A stretch of 64,000 nt of DNA, from assembly GCA_963667015.2 (NCBI GenBank), contig CAXXJJ010000001.1:896001-960000 (forward strand), written 5' to 3'. The position numbers and the translations under genes were made by a program. Positions 39,718-51,773 of this stretch are shown here, piece after piece. Source of the stretch: Desulfatiglandales bacterium (GTDB lineage: Bacteria; Desulfobacterota; DSM-4660; Desulfatiglandales; HGW-15). The number at the start of each line of letters is the position of its first letter. Within the stretch, counting starts at the first letter, position 1. The notes below the pieces were generated by a model. That model saw only the letters and a program-made list of their open reading frames with translations, did no database searches and was not told the DNA's origin.

Positions 39718-41120
39718 CAGTCATGTTTCCTGTCTAATTTTGTTTTAATTTTATCTGTAAGATGGTCAAGTTCTCTTTCCATTCCAACCGGATTTTTATT
39801 TGCCATTCCTGCAATGACTATTCTCGTATTTTTTCCATCTTCCCTGATTTTTATCCACACCCGTCTGTGAGCTGAGAAGAAGGTTATAAAAAGTCCGATA
39901 ATAATCATAATAAAGCCTGTATAAATATAAACAATGCCAGGGTCTTTGCTAACCTGTAGTCCCGTGTAATAGAGTTGCTCAATGTCGTCAAGCGCAAAGG
40001 TATAGGGCGCAACAGCTGAAGGATTAAATTTGGGGAACTGCTCGAATGATGAAAACTGACGCATTATTCTTTCATGGTGTTGAAATAACCAGATCTGCGT
40101 AGCGTCAGCATTTGCAGGCTTTATGTTGAGTAAAACGGCCGGCCCCATTCTCATGAAGTCTTCTCTGATCTCCTCAAGAATTACTTCTCCGTTTTTATCA
40201 GGTAAAGCGATGGGTTTGCCTGTCTCAGCGATAAAGGTAACAGGCTCATTGCTCTCCTTCAGCTTTACGGTGATTCGCGCTTCGTCTCCTGCGATTGACC
40301 CGTAACTGGCCTGATAAAAGGTGATACCCCTGAAGGTAAGGGGGTGGTTCACCCGAAGGTGTCCCTGCTTGACAGTCTCTCCATTTAACGAAAATCTTAT
40401 ATCACTTTTATATTCCCTGGGCCTTCCACCTTCATAAAAGTCTACAGAGAATTTGTCACAGCTTACGACAAAACCAAGATCAATGTGTTTGTGATTGTTT
40501 TGGCCGCTTGTTGATATGTAGTCAACCGAATCGCCTTCAAGAATATTTACATAACCATCAAATCCGTAAAGAGATCCGATTATTGCACCAATTAAAATAA
40601 GCAAAATACTGAAATGAACAAGATATACTCCAAAGAGCGAATACCTTCCTTTGTCACAATAGAGATAAACTGATGAATCACTTTTTTTATCAATTGCTCT
40701 TGAGTATTGTTTTTTAATAATCTCTTTTATTACTGGTAAAGTTTCAGACTTACTTTTCCTGCTTTTAATTATTCTGTGGGCAGGAGCGTCAGTAAAAATC
40801 TTTTCTCTGTCGGGAGAGGGTATTTTTTTATATAATTTGAATGTACCGGGTAACTTGTTTAAAGAGCAGGCTGTTAAATTCAGGGTTAAAAGGAAAATGA
40901 TCCCCTGGAACCAGACAGAATGATACATGTCATCCAATTGAAGTGATAAAACAATCTTCACAAAAATCGGTCCCAGATTTCTGGTAAACTGCCCTCCTGC
41001 TTCTTCCTGAGGGATTATTGTACCTATTATTGATGTTGCGGCTAATATGACAAGAATGAAGATGGTCAGTTTTACCGAACAGAGGAAATTCCATATGCTG
41101 TTTTGCGATTTATTATTCAT
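39717..41120 (-). CDS. resB: Cytochrome c biogenesis protein ResB/Ccs1
   Basis: SVKLTI, IGTIIPQ, YHSVWF, VHFS, VNHPL, FYQASYG and TGLQVSKDPG. Confidence 0.92.
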   Translation of the reverse strand: MNNKSQNSIWNFLCSVKLTIFILVILAATSIIGTIIPQEEAGGQFTRNLGPIFVKIVLSLQLDDMYHSVWFQGIIFLLTLNLTACSLNKLPGTFKLYKKIPSPDREKIFTDAPAHRIIKSRKSKSETLPVIKEIIKKQYSRAIDKKSDSSVYLYCDKGRYSLFGVYLVHFSILLILIGAIIGSLYGFDGYVNILEGDSVDYISTSGQNNHKHIDLGFVVSCDKFSVDFYEGGRPREYKSDIRFSLNGETVKQGHLRVNHPLTFRGITFYQASYGSIAGDEARITVKLKESNEPVTFIAETGKPIALPDKNGEVILEEIREDFMRMGPAVLLNIKPANADATQIWLFQHHERIMRQFSSFEQFPKFNPSAVAPYTFALDDIEQLYYTGLQVSKDPGIVYIYTGFIMIIIGLFITFFSAHRRVWIKIREDGKNTRIVIAGMANKNPVGMERELDHLTDKIKTKLDRKHD

Positions 41121-41244
41121 GTCTTCCAAATTTTTTTAATATAAGTCGATACCTGATATTGTCAAATTCTCGCTTTATAACATGGATTTAAAACATCCGC
41201 AATTGGCAAAAAGGCATTTGACCACACGGCTTAATTCATGGTAA

Positions 41245-42546
<1,302 letters not shown>

Positions 42547-42568
42547 CATAAAAGATAGGAGATAAGGC

Positions 42569-44395
42569 ATGTGTGGAATAGTCTGTTATGTGGGTAATAA
42601 TAAGGCAAAACCTCTTCTGATAGAGGGTCTGAAAAGACTGGAATACAGAGGCTACGATTCTTCAGGTATAGCTGTGCAGGATACAGACAAGATGGATTAC
42701 TACCGTGCCCTGGGAAAGATTGCGGAGCTTGAAAAGAAGACCCATGGGCTTGAGATAAACGGTACAACAGGTATTGCACATACCAGGTGGGCTACCCATG
42801 GTGAGCCTTCTGAAAAGAATGCCCATCCTCACTGTGATATGGATGAAAAGATTTTTGTTATCCATAATGGGATTATTGAAAATTATCAGGCAATAAAGAA
42901 AAAACTAGGGAAAAAAGGAGTGGTATTCAAAAGTGAAACAGATACCGAAGTCCTTGCCCATTTAATATCCGATTATTTTGATGGCGATCTCAGTGAAGCC
43001 GTACGAAAGGCCATGTCAAAGGTAGAAGGTACCTTCGGAATGGCAATTTTACACAAGGATATTCCCGGCCAGATTGTTGTGGCAAGGAGAGGAAGTCCTT
43101 TGGTAATCGGTGTCGGCGAAGACGGTAATTTTGCCGCCTCTGATGTGTCCGCCATGGTGAGATATACCAAAAACGTTATCCACCTTGATGACAACGAACT
43201 TGCGGTCATAACCAGGGATAATGTATCCATTTCTACTGCCCAGGCTACTGCTGTTACAAGAGAGGCAGAAACCGTTGAATGGTCAGCCGAAGATGTTGAA
43301 CTGGACGGGTTTCCCCATTTTATGTTGAAGGAGATATTCGAACAGCCTGAAACAATCAGGAATGCCATGAGAGGCAGGCTTGAAAAGGGAGAGGGTGTAC
43401 CGAAACTTGGCGGAATAATGCCCGTATGGGAGAAGCTAAAAGATTCCAGGCACATAGTAATCGTTGCCTGCGGAACATCATATTATTCCGGATGTGTGGG
43501 AAGGTATGTGTTTGAAAAATTGACGGAGATTGATGTAGAGGTTGAACTGGCATCAGAATTCCGTTACCGAAAACTGAATTTTCCTCCCAATACATTTATT
43601 ATTGCCATGAGCCAGTCCGGAGAAACAGCTGACACCCTTGCGGCCATGAGGGAAGCAAGGCGAAAAGGCGCCAATCTTTTAGGAATAGTCAATGTGGTTG
43701 ACAGTTCCATCGCCCGTGAGACAGATGCCGGCGTTTACAACCATGCAGGTCCTGAAATAGGTGTTGCGTCCACTAAAATATTTATATCTCAGCTTACCAT
43801 ACTGACACTTCTGGCTATTCTGCTCGGCCGGCACCAGAATTTATCTCTTACCGATGGTGTAGAAGCAATCAGGGCCATGGAGGCACTGCCCGAACAGGTA
43901 CAATGGATACTCTCCAAGGCAAACCTGATTGAGGCGATTGCTGAAAAATATCACCAAAAAAGCAACTGGCTTTACCTTGGAAGAAAGTATGAATATCCAA
44001 TCGCCATGGAAGGCGCGCTTAAGCTGAAAGAAATTTCATACATACATGCAGAAGGTTATGCTGCCGGTGAAATGAAGCATGGCCCCATAGCCCTTATAAA
44101 TCCTGAGATGCCTACAGTGGCAATTGCTCCAAGGGACTCCATGTATGAAAAGATGATCAGCAATATCCAGGAGATAAAGAGCCGGAGAGGTCCGATCATT
44201 GCAATAGGTACAGAGGGAGATACATTGCTCAAAGAGATGGTTGATGATTTTATAGAGATACCTGAAACACTGGATTTTCTTTACCCCATCCTCGCTGTTG
44301 TTCCCTGTCAGCTGCTGTCCTATTATTGCGCGCTGCTCCTGAAAAGGGACATTGATAAACCGAGAAACCTTGCAAAGAGCGTGACGGTTGAATAG
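42569..44395 (+). CDS. glmS: Glutamine-fructose-6-phosphate transaminase
   Basis: MCGI, LEYRGYDS, HTRWATHG, SQSGETAD and PRNLAKSVTVE. Confidence 0.98.
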   Translation: MCGIVCYVGNNKAKPLLIEGLKRLEYRGYDSSGIAVQDTDKMDYYRALGKIAELEKKTHGLEINGTTGIAHTRWATHGEPSEKNAHPHCDMDEKIFVIHNGIIENYQAIKKKLGKKGVVFKSETDTEVLAHLISDYFDGDLSEAVRKAMSKVEGTFGMAILHKDIPGQIVVARRGSPLVIGVGEDGNFAASDVSAMVRYTKNVIHLDDNELAVITRDNVSISTAQATAVTREAETVEWSAEDVELDGFPHFMLKEIFEQPETIRNAMRGRLEKGEGVPKLGGIMPVWEKLKDSRHIVIVACGTSYYSGCVGRYVFEKLTEIDVEVELASEFRYRKLNFPPNTFIIAMSQSGETADTLAAMREARRKGANLLGIVNVVDSSIARETDAGVYNHAGPEIGVASTKIFISQLTILTLLAILLGRHQNLSLTDGVEAIRAMEALPEQVQWILSKANLIEAIAEKYHQKSNWLYLGRKYEYPIAMEGALKLKEISYIHAEGYAAGEMKHGPIALINPEMPTVAIAPRDSMYEKMISNIQEIKSRRGPIIAIGTEGDTLLKEMVDDFIEIPETLDFLYPILAVVPCQLLSYYCALLLKRDIDKPRNLAKSVTVE

Positions 44396-44413
44396 GTAGC
44401 CGAATCAGCTCTG

Positions 44414-45016
44414 ATGCATACATCAGCAATTCCGGAAAGGAACCGCCTGGCTGTAAGTATTGTTAAACTGGCGTCCAGGGCCTTCCTTTCCCCTTTCTTT
44501 AAATTAAACATCAGGGGGATAGAAAATATTCCCGCAAACAAATCATTTGTTCTGCTTCCCAAGCATCAGCGCTGGGAAGATATTCCCCTGATTGCCATAT
44601 CAATTGAAAGACCATTATACTTTGTTGCCAAACAGGAATTGTTTAATAATTTCCTTTCTAAAAGGATAATTGCAATGCTTGGAGGGCTCCCCCTGAATAG
44701 AGAAAAACCGAATAGAAGCCGGTTTACTTTTTCAACGGTTTTACATAAGCTTGAGCAGAAAGAAGGTGTGGTAGTTTTTCCTGAGGGCACATATTATAAA
44801 AACCATATGGGGTCGGGGCATACAGGTTTTATCAGGATGATCTATACAAATGTAAAAACAGTATTTTTGCCGGCAGGTATCAAATACAGTAATGCCTTTG
44901 GGAGAAAATTGGTTGATATTACCTTTGGCAAACCCGTAGGGAATAATAATTTCAATAATCCAAAGGAATTGCTGGATTATATAATGAATGAAATTGCCGG
45001 GTTATCCAGCTTATAA
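44414..45016 (+). CDS. Lysophospholipid acyltransferase (PlsC family)
   Basis: HQRWED (HxxxxD), FVAKQEL and VFPEGT. Confidence 0.88.
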   Translation: MHTSAIPERNRLAVSIVKLASRAFLSPFFKLNIRGIENIPANKSFVLLPKHQRWEDIPLIAISIERPLYFVAKQELFNNFLSKRIIAMLGGLPLNREKPNRSRFTFSTVLHKLEQKEGVVVFPEGTYYKNHMGSGHTGFIRMIYTNVKTVFLPAGIKYSNAFGRKLVDITFGKPVGNNNFNNPKELLDYIMNEIAGLSSL

Positions 45017-45033
45017 GGTAATTAATATATTGA

Positions 45034-45177
45034 AGAGCCAGTTTCAAAACGCCCGATTTTGAGCAATATCTGTGTCAGGCTCAAATTATAATCCTCAAAA
45101 TACTACGTGTATTCCTGTGGTTATAATTTTCGTCTTCCTTGCTCTTGCTCAAACTTAAACGTTTTGAAACTACCTCT
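45034..45177. mobile_element. 144-bp MITE-like long inverted repeat element
   Basis: Termini AGAGCCAGTTTCAAAACG / CGTTTTGAAACTACCTCT (16 of 18 complementary) with internal nested stems. Confidence 0.6.
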
Positions 45178-45220
45178 GAATATCTTCCGGTAAACCATAA
45201 ATGTTATAAGGGAGTTTATT

Positions 45221-46456
45221 ATGGCTGATGATGTTAAGGTATCTAAAATAATAGATGGGTATAAGGATGAAATAATCTCTTTACAGTCCGAGCTGACGGA
45301 AAAAGTTGCCCTTTGCCCTGAAAATGGGGGAACGGGTGAGCATGAAAAGGCCGAATATCTTAAGAAACTGTTTGAAGGAATGAATCCTGACAGCATGCTG
45401 GAGATTAATGCCCCTGATGACAGGGCGCAGGATGGGTACCGGCCGAATATCGTAGCCAGATGGGGTAAAGATGATAATAAACCTGTTATATGGGTTTTAA
45501 GCCATATGGATATTGTTCCCCCAGGGGATCTGTCTCTCTGGGACAGTGATCCTTATATAGTAAGGGTGGATGGCGATAAAATAATAGGACGTGGTGTTGA
45601 GGACAATCAGCATGGTATTGTCACTTCCTGCCTGGCTCTAAAGGCGGTTCTGGAATCCGGCCAGGAACATAATAATATCGGCCTCATTATGGTAGCCGAC
45701 GAGGAGACAGGCAGTAAATACGGTCTGGATTATATTGTTAAAAACCATAAGGGAATATTTAAAGAAAGCGACCTTATTATAGTGCCGGACTGGGGTGTTG
45801 AGGATGGATCAATGATAGAAGTAGCTGAGAAATCCATGCTGTGGCTCAAGTTTACAGTGAAAGGACTGCAATGTCATGCAAGTACGCCGGAAAGGGGAAA
45901 TAACAGTCTTTTTGGCTCCGCAAGGCTCATCATAGAGCTTGATCAGTTAAAAAGAAAATATGGTATAACTGATGAACTTTTTTCACCGCCCGTTTCGACC
46001 TTTGAATGCACAAAAATAGAAGCCAATGTTCCTAATGTAAATACTATTCCCGGTAAAGACGTGTTTTATATGGACTGCAGGATTCTTCCTACCTATAAAG
46101 TTGATGAAATACTCAAGTCTGTAAAAGAAATTACCGATAGGGTCGGTGAAGAGTTAAATCTTGGCATATCAATCGAGACAGTAAACAGAGAAGATGCATC
46201 TAATCCGACCCCCACTGATGCCCCTGTGGTAAAGGCGTTAATAAGGGCAATAAAGAAGGTAAAGGGAGTTGATGCCTCAACCATGGGAATAGGGGGAGGA
46301 ACGGTCTCATCCTTTTTCCGCAGGGCCGGATTCAATGCCGCGGTATGGAGCACATGTTTCGATGTTGCACATCAGCCAAATGAATATTGCAGGATAACTG
46401 ATATTATTGAAGATACGAAGGTGTTTGCATCAATTTTTCTGGATGGCAGTATTTAA
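45221..46456 (+). CDS. M20-family metallohydrolase (DapE/ArgE-like)
   Basis: SHMDIVP, GRGVEDN, ADEE, HAS and AHQPNE. Confidence 0.92.
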   Translation: MADDVKVSKIIDGYKDEIISLQSELTEKVALCPENGGTGEHEKAEYLKKLFEGMNPDSMLEINAPDDRAQDGYRPNIVARWGKDDNKPVIWVLSHMDIVPPGDLSLWDSDPYIVRVDGDKIIGRGVEDNQHGIVTSCLALKAVLESGQEHNNIGLIMVADEETGSKYGLDYIVKNHKGIFKESDLIIVPDWGVEDGSMIEVAEKSMLWLKFTVKGLQCHASTPERGNNSLFGSARLIIELDQLKRKYGITDELFSPPVSTFECTKIEANVPNVNTIPGKDVFYMDCRILPTYKVDEILKSVKEITDRVGEELNLGISIETVNREDASNPTPTDAPVVKALIRAIKKVKGVDASTMGIGGGTVSSFFRRAGFNAAVWSTCFDVAHQPNEYCRITDIIEDTKVFASIFLDGSI

Positions 46457-47549
46457 TAAAAAAGACGAAGGCCGAATAACTGACCTGCTCAATCTGGGAG
46501 TGGATACAAATGTATTTCCCGGAGCGGTGCTATTGATTGCACAGGGAGGTCAAATTATATTTTTAAAGGCTGCAGGGTTTCTATCTACCGTATCGCCTCA
46601 AATAGAAACAAAGACAGACAGTATATATGACCTTGCATCATTAACAAAGCCATTTGCAACGACGCTCGCGATTATGGGACTGGTGGATCAGGGAATTATC
46701 CGGCTTGATACGAGGCTGGGCGAAATAATCCCTGTCCCTGATGATAAACAGGATATTTCAATTCGTTTGTTATTATGTCATTCATCAGGTCTTCCTGACT
46801 GGAAACCATATTACTATGAACTGCTGAAGCATGCACCTGATGACAGAAAAAATATTTTGAGGCAATGGGTCTTAAATGAAGCACTTGAATACTCTCCCGG
46901 TACAAACTCAAAATACAGTGATCTTGGCTTTATGCTGCTTGAGTGGATAATTGAAGAATCATCAGGGATGAAAATGCATGAACTGCTGTCGGAATACTAC
47001 TATAGTCCCTTGAGTTTAAAACGTACTTTTTTCACAAATAAAAAGGTTCCATTCAGTCTAAAAGAGATGGCCGCAACAGAGGACTGCCCCTGGAGAAAAA
47101 GGATTATACATGGAGAGGTGCATGACGAAAATGCATATGCCCTTGGGGGGTATTCCGGCCATGCCGGCCTCTTCGGATGTGCTGAAGATGTTTTTACATT
47201 ATTAAATATGTTGAGGGAGCACTATTATTTTAAAAGAAGTGATTTCTTCAAGCCTGAAACAGTAAGGCAGTTTTTCAGTAGACAAAATGTTTACAGGGAC
47301 AGTACCTGGGCGCTTGGCTGGGACACTCCCTCGTCTGAAGGATCCAGTTCCGGCGAATATTTTTCTCCTGAGAGTATTGGTCACCTTGGTTTTACCGGGA
47401 CCTCGGTTTGGGCGGATCTGGAGAAGGATGTAATGGTTGTTTTACTCTCAAACCGGGTACACAGGTCAAGAGAAAATATAAAAATCAGGGTGTTCAGGCC
47501 GGAACTTCATAATTTGATTATGGAGAGTATTATGAGTAAAAAAAACTGA
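46443..47549 (+). CDS. Beta-lactamase-family serine hydrolase
   Basis: ASLTK (SxxK), LLCHSSGL, YSD, GEVHDENA and GHLGFTGT. Confidence 0.9.
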   Translation: MAVFNKKDEGRITDLLNLGVDTNVFPGAVLLIAQGGQIIFLKAAGFLSTVSPQIETKTDSIYDLASLTKPFATTLAIMGLVDQGIIRLDTRLGEIIPVPDDKQDISIRLLLCHSSGLPDWKPYYYELLKHAPDDRKNILRQWVLNEALEYSPGTNSKYSDLGFMLLEWIIEESSGMKMHELLSEYYYSPLSLKRTFFTNKKVPFSLKEMAATEDCPWRKRIIHGEVHDENAYALGGYSGHAGLFGCAEDVFTLLNMLREHYYFKRSDFFKPETVRQFFSRQNVYRDSTWALGWDTPSSEGSSSGEYFSPESIGHLGFTGTSVWADLEKDVMVVLLSNRVHRSRENIKIRVFRPELHNLIMESIMSKKN

Positions 47550-47668
47550 ATTTTAATCGGTTTGACATTATATTAAATTGCCTGTTATATTAAAAACTTA
47601 TTAGCCTTATAACAAAGATATAAAGTCAGCTGTATTATGTAAATACTATCTGAGGAGACAGCTAAAAA

Positions 47669-49984
47669 ATGGAAATGAAAAGTTCAAACATTAAAAAGCA
47701 TTACTTAAAATTATTGATGGCTCTTATTCTTGCGGTATTCGTGTCCGGATGCGGAAGCAAAGAAGAAAAGATGGAAAAGCATCTGGCAAAGGCAAAAGAA
47801 TACATAGCCAGTAATGAACTGAAAAAGGCGGTAATTGAGCTGAAAAATGTTATTCAGCTGGAGCCTAAAAACGATGCCGCCCACTATGAACTGGGCGAAA
47901 CCTATCTGAAGCTGAATGAGGCTAGAGAGGCATTTCAGTCATTTTCAAGGGCAGTCTCAATCAATCCTGAAAACCTTGAAGCTCAATTGAAAGTCGGGCA
48001 GATCCTGTTGCTGAGCAAACAGACAAAAGAGGCAAAGGAAAAAGCCGGGATAGTACTGGCTAAAAATCCGGAAAGTGTAGAGGCCTTAAGTCTGATGGCT
48101 GGAGCCTGCATGCAGGAAAAGGATCTGGACTCGGCGCTGTCAACCCTTTTAAAGGCGGCAGAAGTGGATCCCAGTCATTTTAATACTCAGATCTCTCTTG
48201 GAAGGATTTACCTGTTAAAAAAAGATCTGGAAAATTCCGAGAAGTCCTTTGAGGCGGCTAAAAGTCTGGATCCAAAGGACAGGCTGTCCTATGTAGAGCT
48301 TTCAAGAATCTACGGCAGAAAAGGAGAATGGCAAAAAGCGGAACAGCAATTGCTTGAGATGCTGGAATCAGTGGATTCCAGATATCAGAGCCTTAATGTG
48401 CTGGCGGGATTTTACGAGAGCAGAGACAGGATAGCTGATGCCGAAAAGAGATATATGGAAGCTGTTGAGCTGGCGCCTGCAGAGGATGTAGTTCCGCTTA
48501 TGAACCTGGGTGCCTTTTATGCCCGCCAAAAATCATACGAAAAGTCTCTAGAAACACTTGAAAAGGCCTATGCCATTAAAAAAGACGACATAAATATCCT
48601 AATGAATATTGCTCGGCTGAATTTTGACTTTTCTAAACTCGATGCTGCAGAGGAAACAGTAAATAAGATACTTGAAATTGATTCAGGTCATATCGGAGCC
48701 AATTACCTCAAGGGCCGGCTCTATCTGGTAAAAAGAGATTTTGAAAACGCCCTGGAGAAATTTGAGATCGTTCTGAATGATCAGCCCGATAATGCGGCTG
48801 CTCATTATTTAAAGGGATTATGCCTTATAGGTAAAGGTGAACTGACGCTGGCAAAGAGCAGCCTGCTGAAGGCTGTTGAGCTTAATCCGAGGCTCGTGGA
48901 GGCCCGGCTCATCCTTGCAGATTTTTATATAAGGGAGAGAGATAAAGAGCTCGCAAAGACACAAATAGACAGTGTCCTGGAAATCCTTCCTGAAAATATA
49001 CAGGCATTAACCCTTCTCGGAAACCTTAAAATACTTGAAAGGGATGCAAAGGGCGCTGAAGAGGCATATAAAAAGGTAATTGAGTTAACACCTGACAGTG
49101 CTGCCGCATATATGAGACTGGGAATGCTCTATAATGTATCCGGCAGGCTGGAAGATGCAAAAAAGAATTTAGTCAAAACAATGGAACTTGATCCTGAAAG
49201 TATAGATGCCCTTGGCATGCTGGTCGGGATTCATGTTAAGGAGAAAAACTACAAAAAGGCGATGGATCTTTGTTCCGAGTATAAAAAACAGAACAGCGGC
49301 AATAAATCTTTACTGGCAAGGGTTGAATATCTGCAGGGCAGTATTTATCTGCAGCAGGAAAATTTTAATGAGGCAAGAACGCATTTTGAAAAGGCAGTTG
49401 AGATAGAACCGAATCTTCTTGCACCATATGAAACACTCGCAAAACTGTCCCTGCGCGAAAAGAATTATGAAGATGCAATATCCAGGTACGAGACAATACT
49501 GGCAAAAAATCCGGAGTTTCTGGCTGGATATATGGCCATTGGTACCATTTATGACCAGCAGGGAAATAAAGAAAAGGCGGAAGAGTATTACAGGAAGGCT
49601 TTAAAGATTAAAGAGGATTTTGGAGCTGCAGCCAATAACCTTGCCTGGAGACTGGCAGAAAAAGGTGAGAATATAGATGAGGCCTTGAAGTATGCAAGAA
49701 TTGCAAAGGAACAGATGCCTAAAAATCCATCGGTTATGGATACGCTGGGTTGGATCTATTATCTTAAGGGCAGCTATCTGAACGCAATTTCGGAACTTCG
49801 GGACAGTGTCGAACTTGTTCCGGATAACCCGATTATTAATTATCACCTGGGTATGGCCTTTTACAAAAATAATAAACCGGATGGGGCAGGTGAATATCTG
49901 AAAAAGGCATTGGAGCTGGATCCGGAGTTTAGCGGGGCGGATGAAGCAAAAAAGGTGCTGAAAGAGATTGAAACAACTCCTTGA
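47669..49984 (+). CDS. TPR-repeat lipoprotein (PrsT-like, PEP-CTERM associated)
   Basis: Lipobox VSGC, TPR repeats throughout, C-terminal NNLAW...DTLGWIY. Confidence 0.82.
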   Translation: MEMKSSNIKKHYLKLLMALILAVFVSGCGSKEEKMEKHLAKAKEYIASNELKKAVIELKNVIQLEPKNDAAHYELGETYLKLNEAREAFQSFSRAVSINPENLEAQLKVGQILLLSKQTKEAKEKAGIVLAKNPESVEALSLMAGACMQEKDLDSALSTLLKAAEVDPSHFNTQISLGRIYLLKKDLENSEKSFEAAKSLDPKDRLSYVELSRIYGRKGEWQKAEQQLLEMLESVDSRYQSLNVLAGFYESRDRIADAEKRYMEAVELAPAEDVVPLMNLGAFYARQKSYEKSLETLEKAYAIKKDDINILMNIARLNFDFSKLDAAEETVNKILEIDSGHIGANYLKGRLYLVKRDFENALEKFEIVLNDQPDNAAAHYLKGLCLIGKGELTLAKSSLLKAVELNPRLVEARLILADFYIRERDKELAKTQIDSVLEILPENIQALTLLGNLKILERDAKGAEEAYKKVIELTPDSAAAYMRLGMLYNVSGRLEDAKKNLVKTMELDPESIDALGMLVGIHVKEKNYKKAMDLCSEYKKQNSGNKSLLARVEYLQGSIYLQQENFNEARTHFEKAVEIEPNLLAPYETLAKLSLREKNYEDAISRYETILAKNPEFLAGYMAIGTIYDQQGNKEKAEEYYRKALKIKEDFGAAANNLAWRLAEKGENIDEALKYARIAKEQMPKNPSVMDTLGWIYYLKGSYLNAISELRDSVELVPDNPIINYHLGMAFYKNNKPDGAGEYLKKALELDPEFSGADEAKKVLKEIETTP

Positions 49985-50057
49985 TCAGGAATATCTTAAT
50001 AAAGATACTGGCCGCTGGATGCTTGATACTTGTGAAAACTTGAAAATAAGACAGATC

Positions 50058-50090
50058 ATGATTCCCCGGCTTGCCTGCCGGGGAATCCAG
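50058..50090. repeat. REP-like palindrome
   Basis: GATTCCCCGGC-TTGCCT-GCCGGGGAATC, preceded by a 7-bp-periodic GATACTG/GATGCTT arm at about 50004-50032. Confidence 0.6.
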
Positions 50091-50215
50091 TGTTTTAAGT
50101 AAGAAGAATGATATGGTATAAGGTGCTCAAGTTTGAATATTATATCCCGTTTTACATTTTCGGTTTTATGTTTGGCGGCTCTAAAATTCAATTGCCTGCT
50201 AACATTGATTAAAAT

Positions 50216-51367
50216 ATGAAAAATTTCCCTTTTAAAATACTATTTCTTTGTATCTTTTTACCCCCGGTATTATATATTTTTACCATTGACGGGCTTGAAT
50301 ATTATTTGTTTAAAAATGCTCAGGCTAAAATTGAGGCCATAATCATACAGAATGACGATGAATTATATGCAGGAAAATATTCTGTAAGGGAAGAAATAAA
50401 TCATAATATCCGTTCTTACATTGAGAACAAGTCATTCTGGTATGATCTGGGAATAAGTACTGATATTCTAATTAAAACAAAGAATAATAAAATCTTGTAT
50501 CCGCCGGATTTAAGCGAGATACAAGATGAATTTCAGCAGGGCATGTCTCATAATCCAAATTATATGGATGTTGCTGAGGAAAATTATAAAATACTGGATG
50601 GTCTTGTGCCTGTTATCGATGTCAGGATAAGACAGAACAGCTGGCTTGCAAACGGAATACTTGTTTTTTACATCGTAATAGCGTTAATAATCCTTAGGTT
50701 CTTCATCAAAAAGAATATAAAGCTCAATGAAGAAATAGAGGAAGAGCATATTAAAAAAATAAAAGAATTGTCAGATGAACTTCTTTCATTTGAAAATGAG
50801 TTATCAAAGATAAAAGATAAAGAGAGGGATTACTCTGAAAATATAGAAAAATTAAACCTGGAAAAGAAAACACTTTCATCGGATATAGATGAACTTCTGG
50901 AAGAGATGGAAAGGCTGGAAGATGGCCTTAAGTCACAGAAAGAGCTGAGAGAAAAAAGGGAGGATGAGATTAACTCCCTTAAGAATGAGATTGAAAGTGT
51001 CAGGCTTAAGAGTGAAAAGCCAAAAAAGAAATCGAAAAAACAGGAGACAGTAGATAAGAGATTCAGGGTATTATATAAAAATGTTATATTTACTGAAAAG
51101 GCAATAGATGGTTTTTTATCCCTTTCCGATGAGTTTCAGCTTAAGGCAGAAGAAATTATCCACCGGATAAATGCGGACGATTCAACTGTGAATATTAAAA
51201 GAAAAGTCTTCAGTAAAGGCGGAAAAATAAATGTTCTGGAAGTTGATTTTGCATATTCAGGGAGAATATATTACCAGAAGGATAAGACAAAAAGCACAAT
51301 AGCCGTAATCGGCACAAAAAAAACACAACCTCAGGACCTCGCTTTTTTAGAAAGAGAATATAATTGA
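50216..51367 (+). CDS. Hypothetical membrane protein with coiled coil and small C-terminal domain
   Basis: Two TM segments, a long E/K-rich heptad region and a C-terminal alpha/beta domain of about 95 aa. Confidence 0.75.
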   Translation: MKNFPFKILFLCIFLPPVLYIFTIDGLEYYLFKNAQAKIEAIIIQNDDELYAGKYSVREEINHNIRSYIENKSFWYDLGISTDILIKTKNNKILYPPDLSEIQDEFQQGMSHNPNYMDVAEENYKILDGLVPVIDVRIRQNSWLANGILVFYIVIALIILRFFIKKNIKLNEEIEEEHIKKIKELSDELLSFENELSKIKDKERDYSENIEKLNLEKKTLSSDIDELLEEMERLEDGLKSQKELREKREDEINSLKNEIESVRLKSEKPKKKSKKQETVDKRFRVLYKNVIFTEKAIDGFLSLSDEFQLKAEEIIHRINADDSTVNIKRKVFSKGGKINVLEVDFAYSGRIYYQKDKTKSTIAVIGTKKTQPQDLAFLEREYN

Positions 51368-51398
51368 TTGTTTCAACATGCAAAGAAGGAAAAATAAA

Positions 51399-51767
51399 AT
51401 GGGCACAGAAGCAAAAACTATTTTAATAATTGAGGATGATCTTGATGTTTTGTCTGCCTTTGTTAAACATTTTAAATACCTTGGATATGATGTAATTATT
51501 GCGACAGATGGCATGGACGGCCTGAAAAAAATAGAAGCCGGTGGATATGATCTTGTTATAACTGATATTGTAATGCCGTTTGTCAGTGGCGTAGGGGTTG
51601 TTACAACTCTAAAGGAAAAGAAACCGGAAATCCCTGTAATAGCTATTACAGGTTATGGCAAAGAGCCTGAGTCCGCAGTCATGGAAAAAAAAGCGGATAT
51701 TGTTTTGCCTAAACCGGTAAAAATGGCCGTGTTGAAAGAACATGTTGAGAAACTTCTAAAAAGATAG
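51399..51767 (+). CDS. Single-domain response regulator
   Basis: IIEDD, ITDIVMP, AITG and LPKP. Confidence 0.92.
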   Translation: MGTEAKTILIIEDDLDVLSAFVKHFKYLGYDVIIATDGMDGLKKIEAGGYDLVITDIVMPFVSGVGVVTTLKEKKPEIPVIAITGYGKEPESAVMEKKADIVLPKPVKMAVLKEHVEKLLKR

Positions 51768-51773
51768 TTAAGC

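Noticed and set aside
42547..42568. glmS ribozyme
   Set aside because: Only 22 bp separate serS and glmS.
49985..50191. 68-aa minus-strand ORF
   Set aside because: Largely translated repeat sequence (HWIPRQ from the palindrome, SSIQRPVS from the 7-bp arm).
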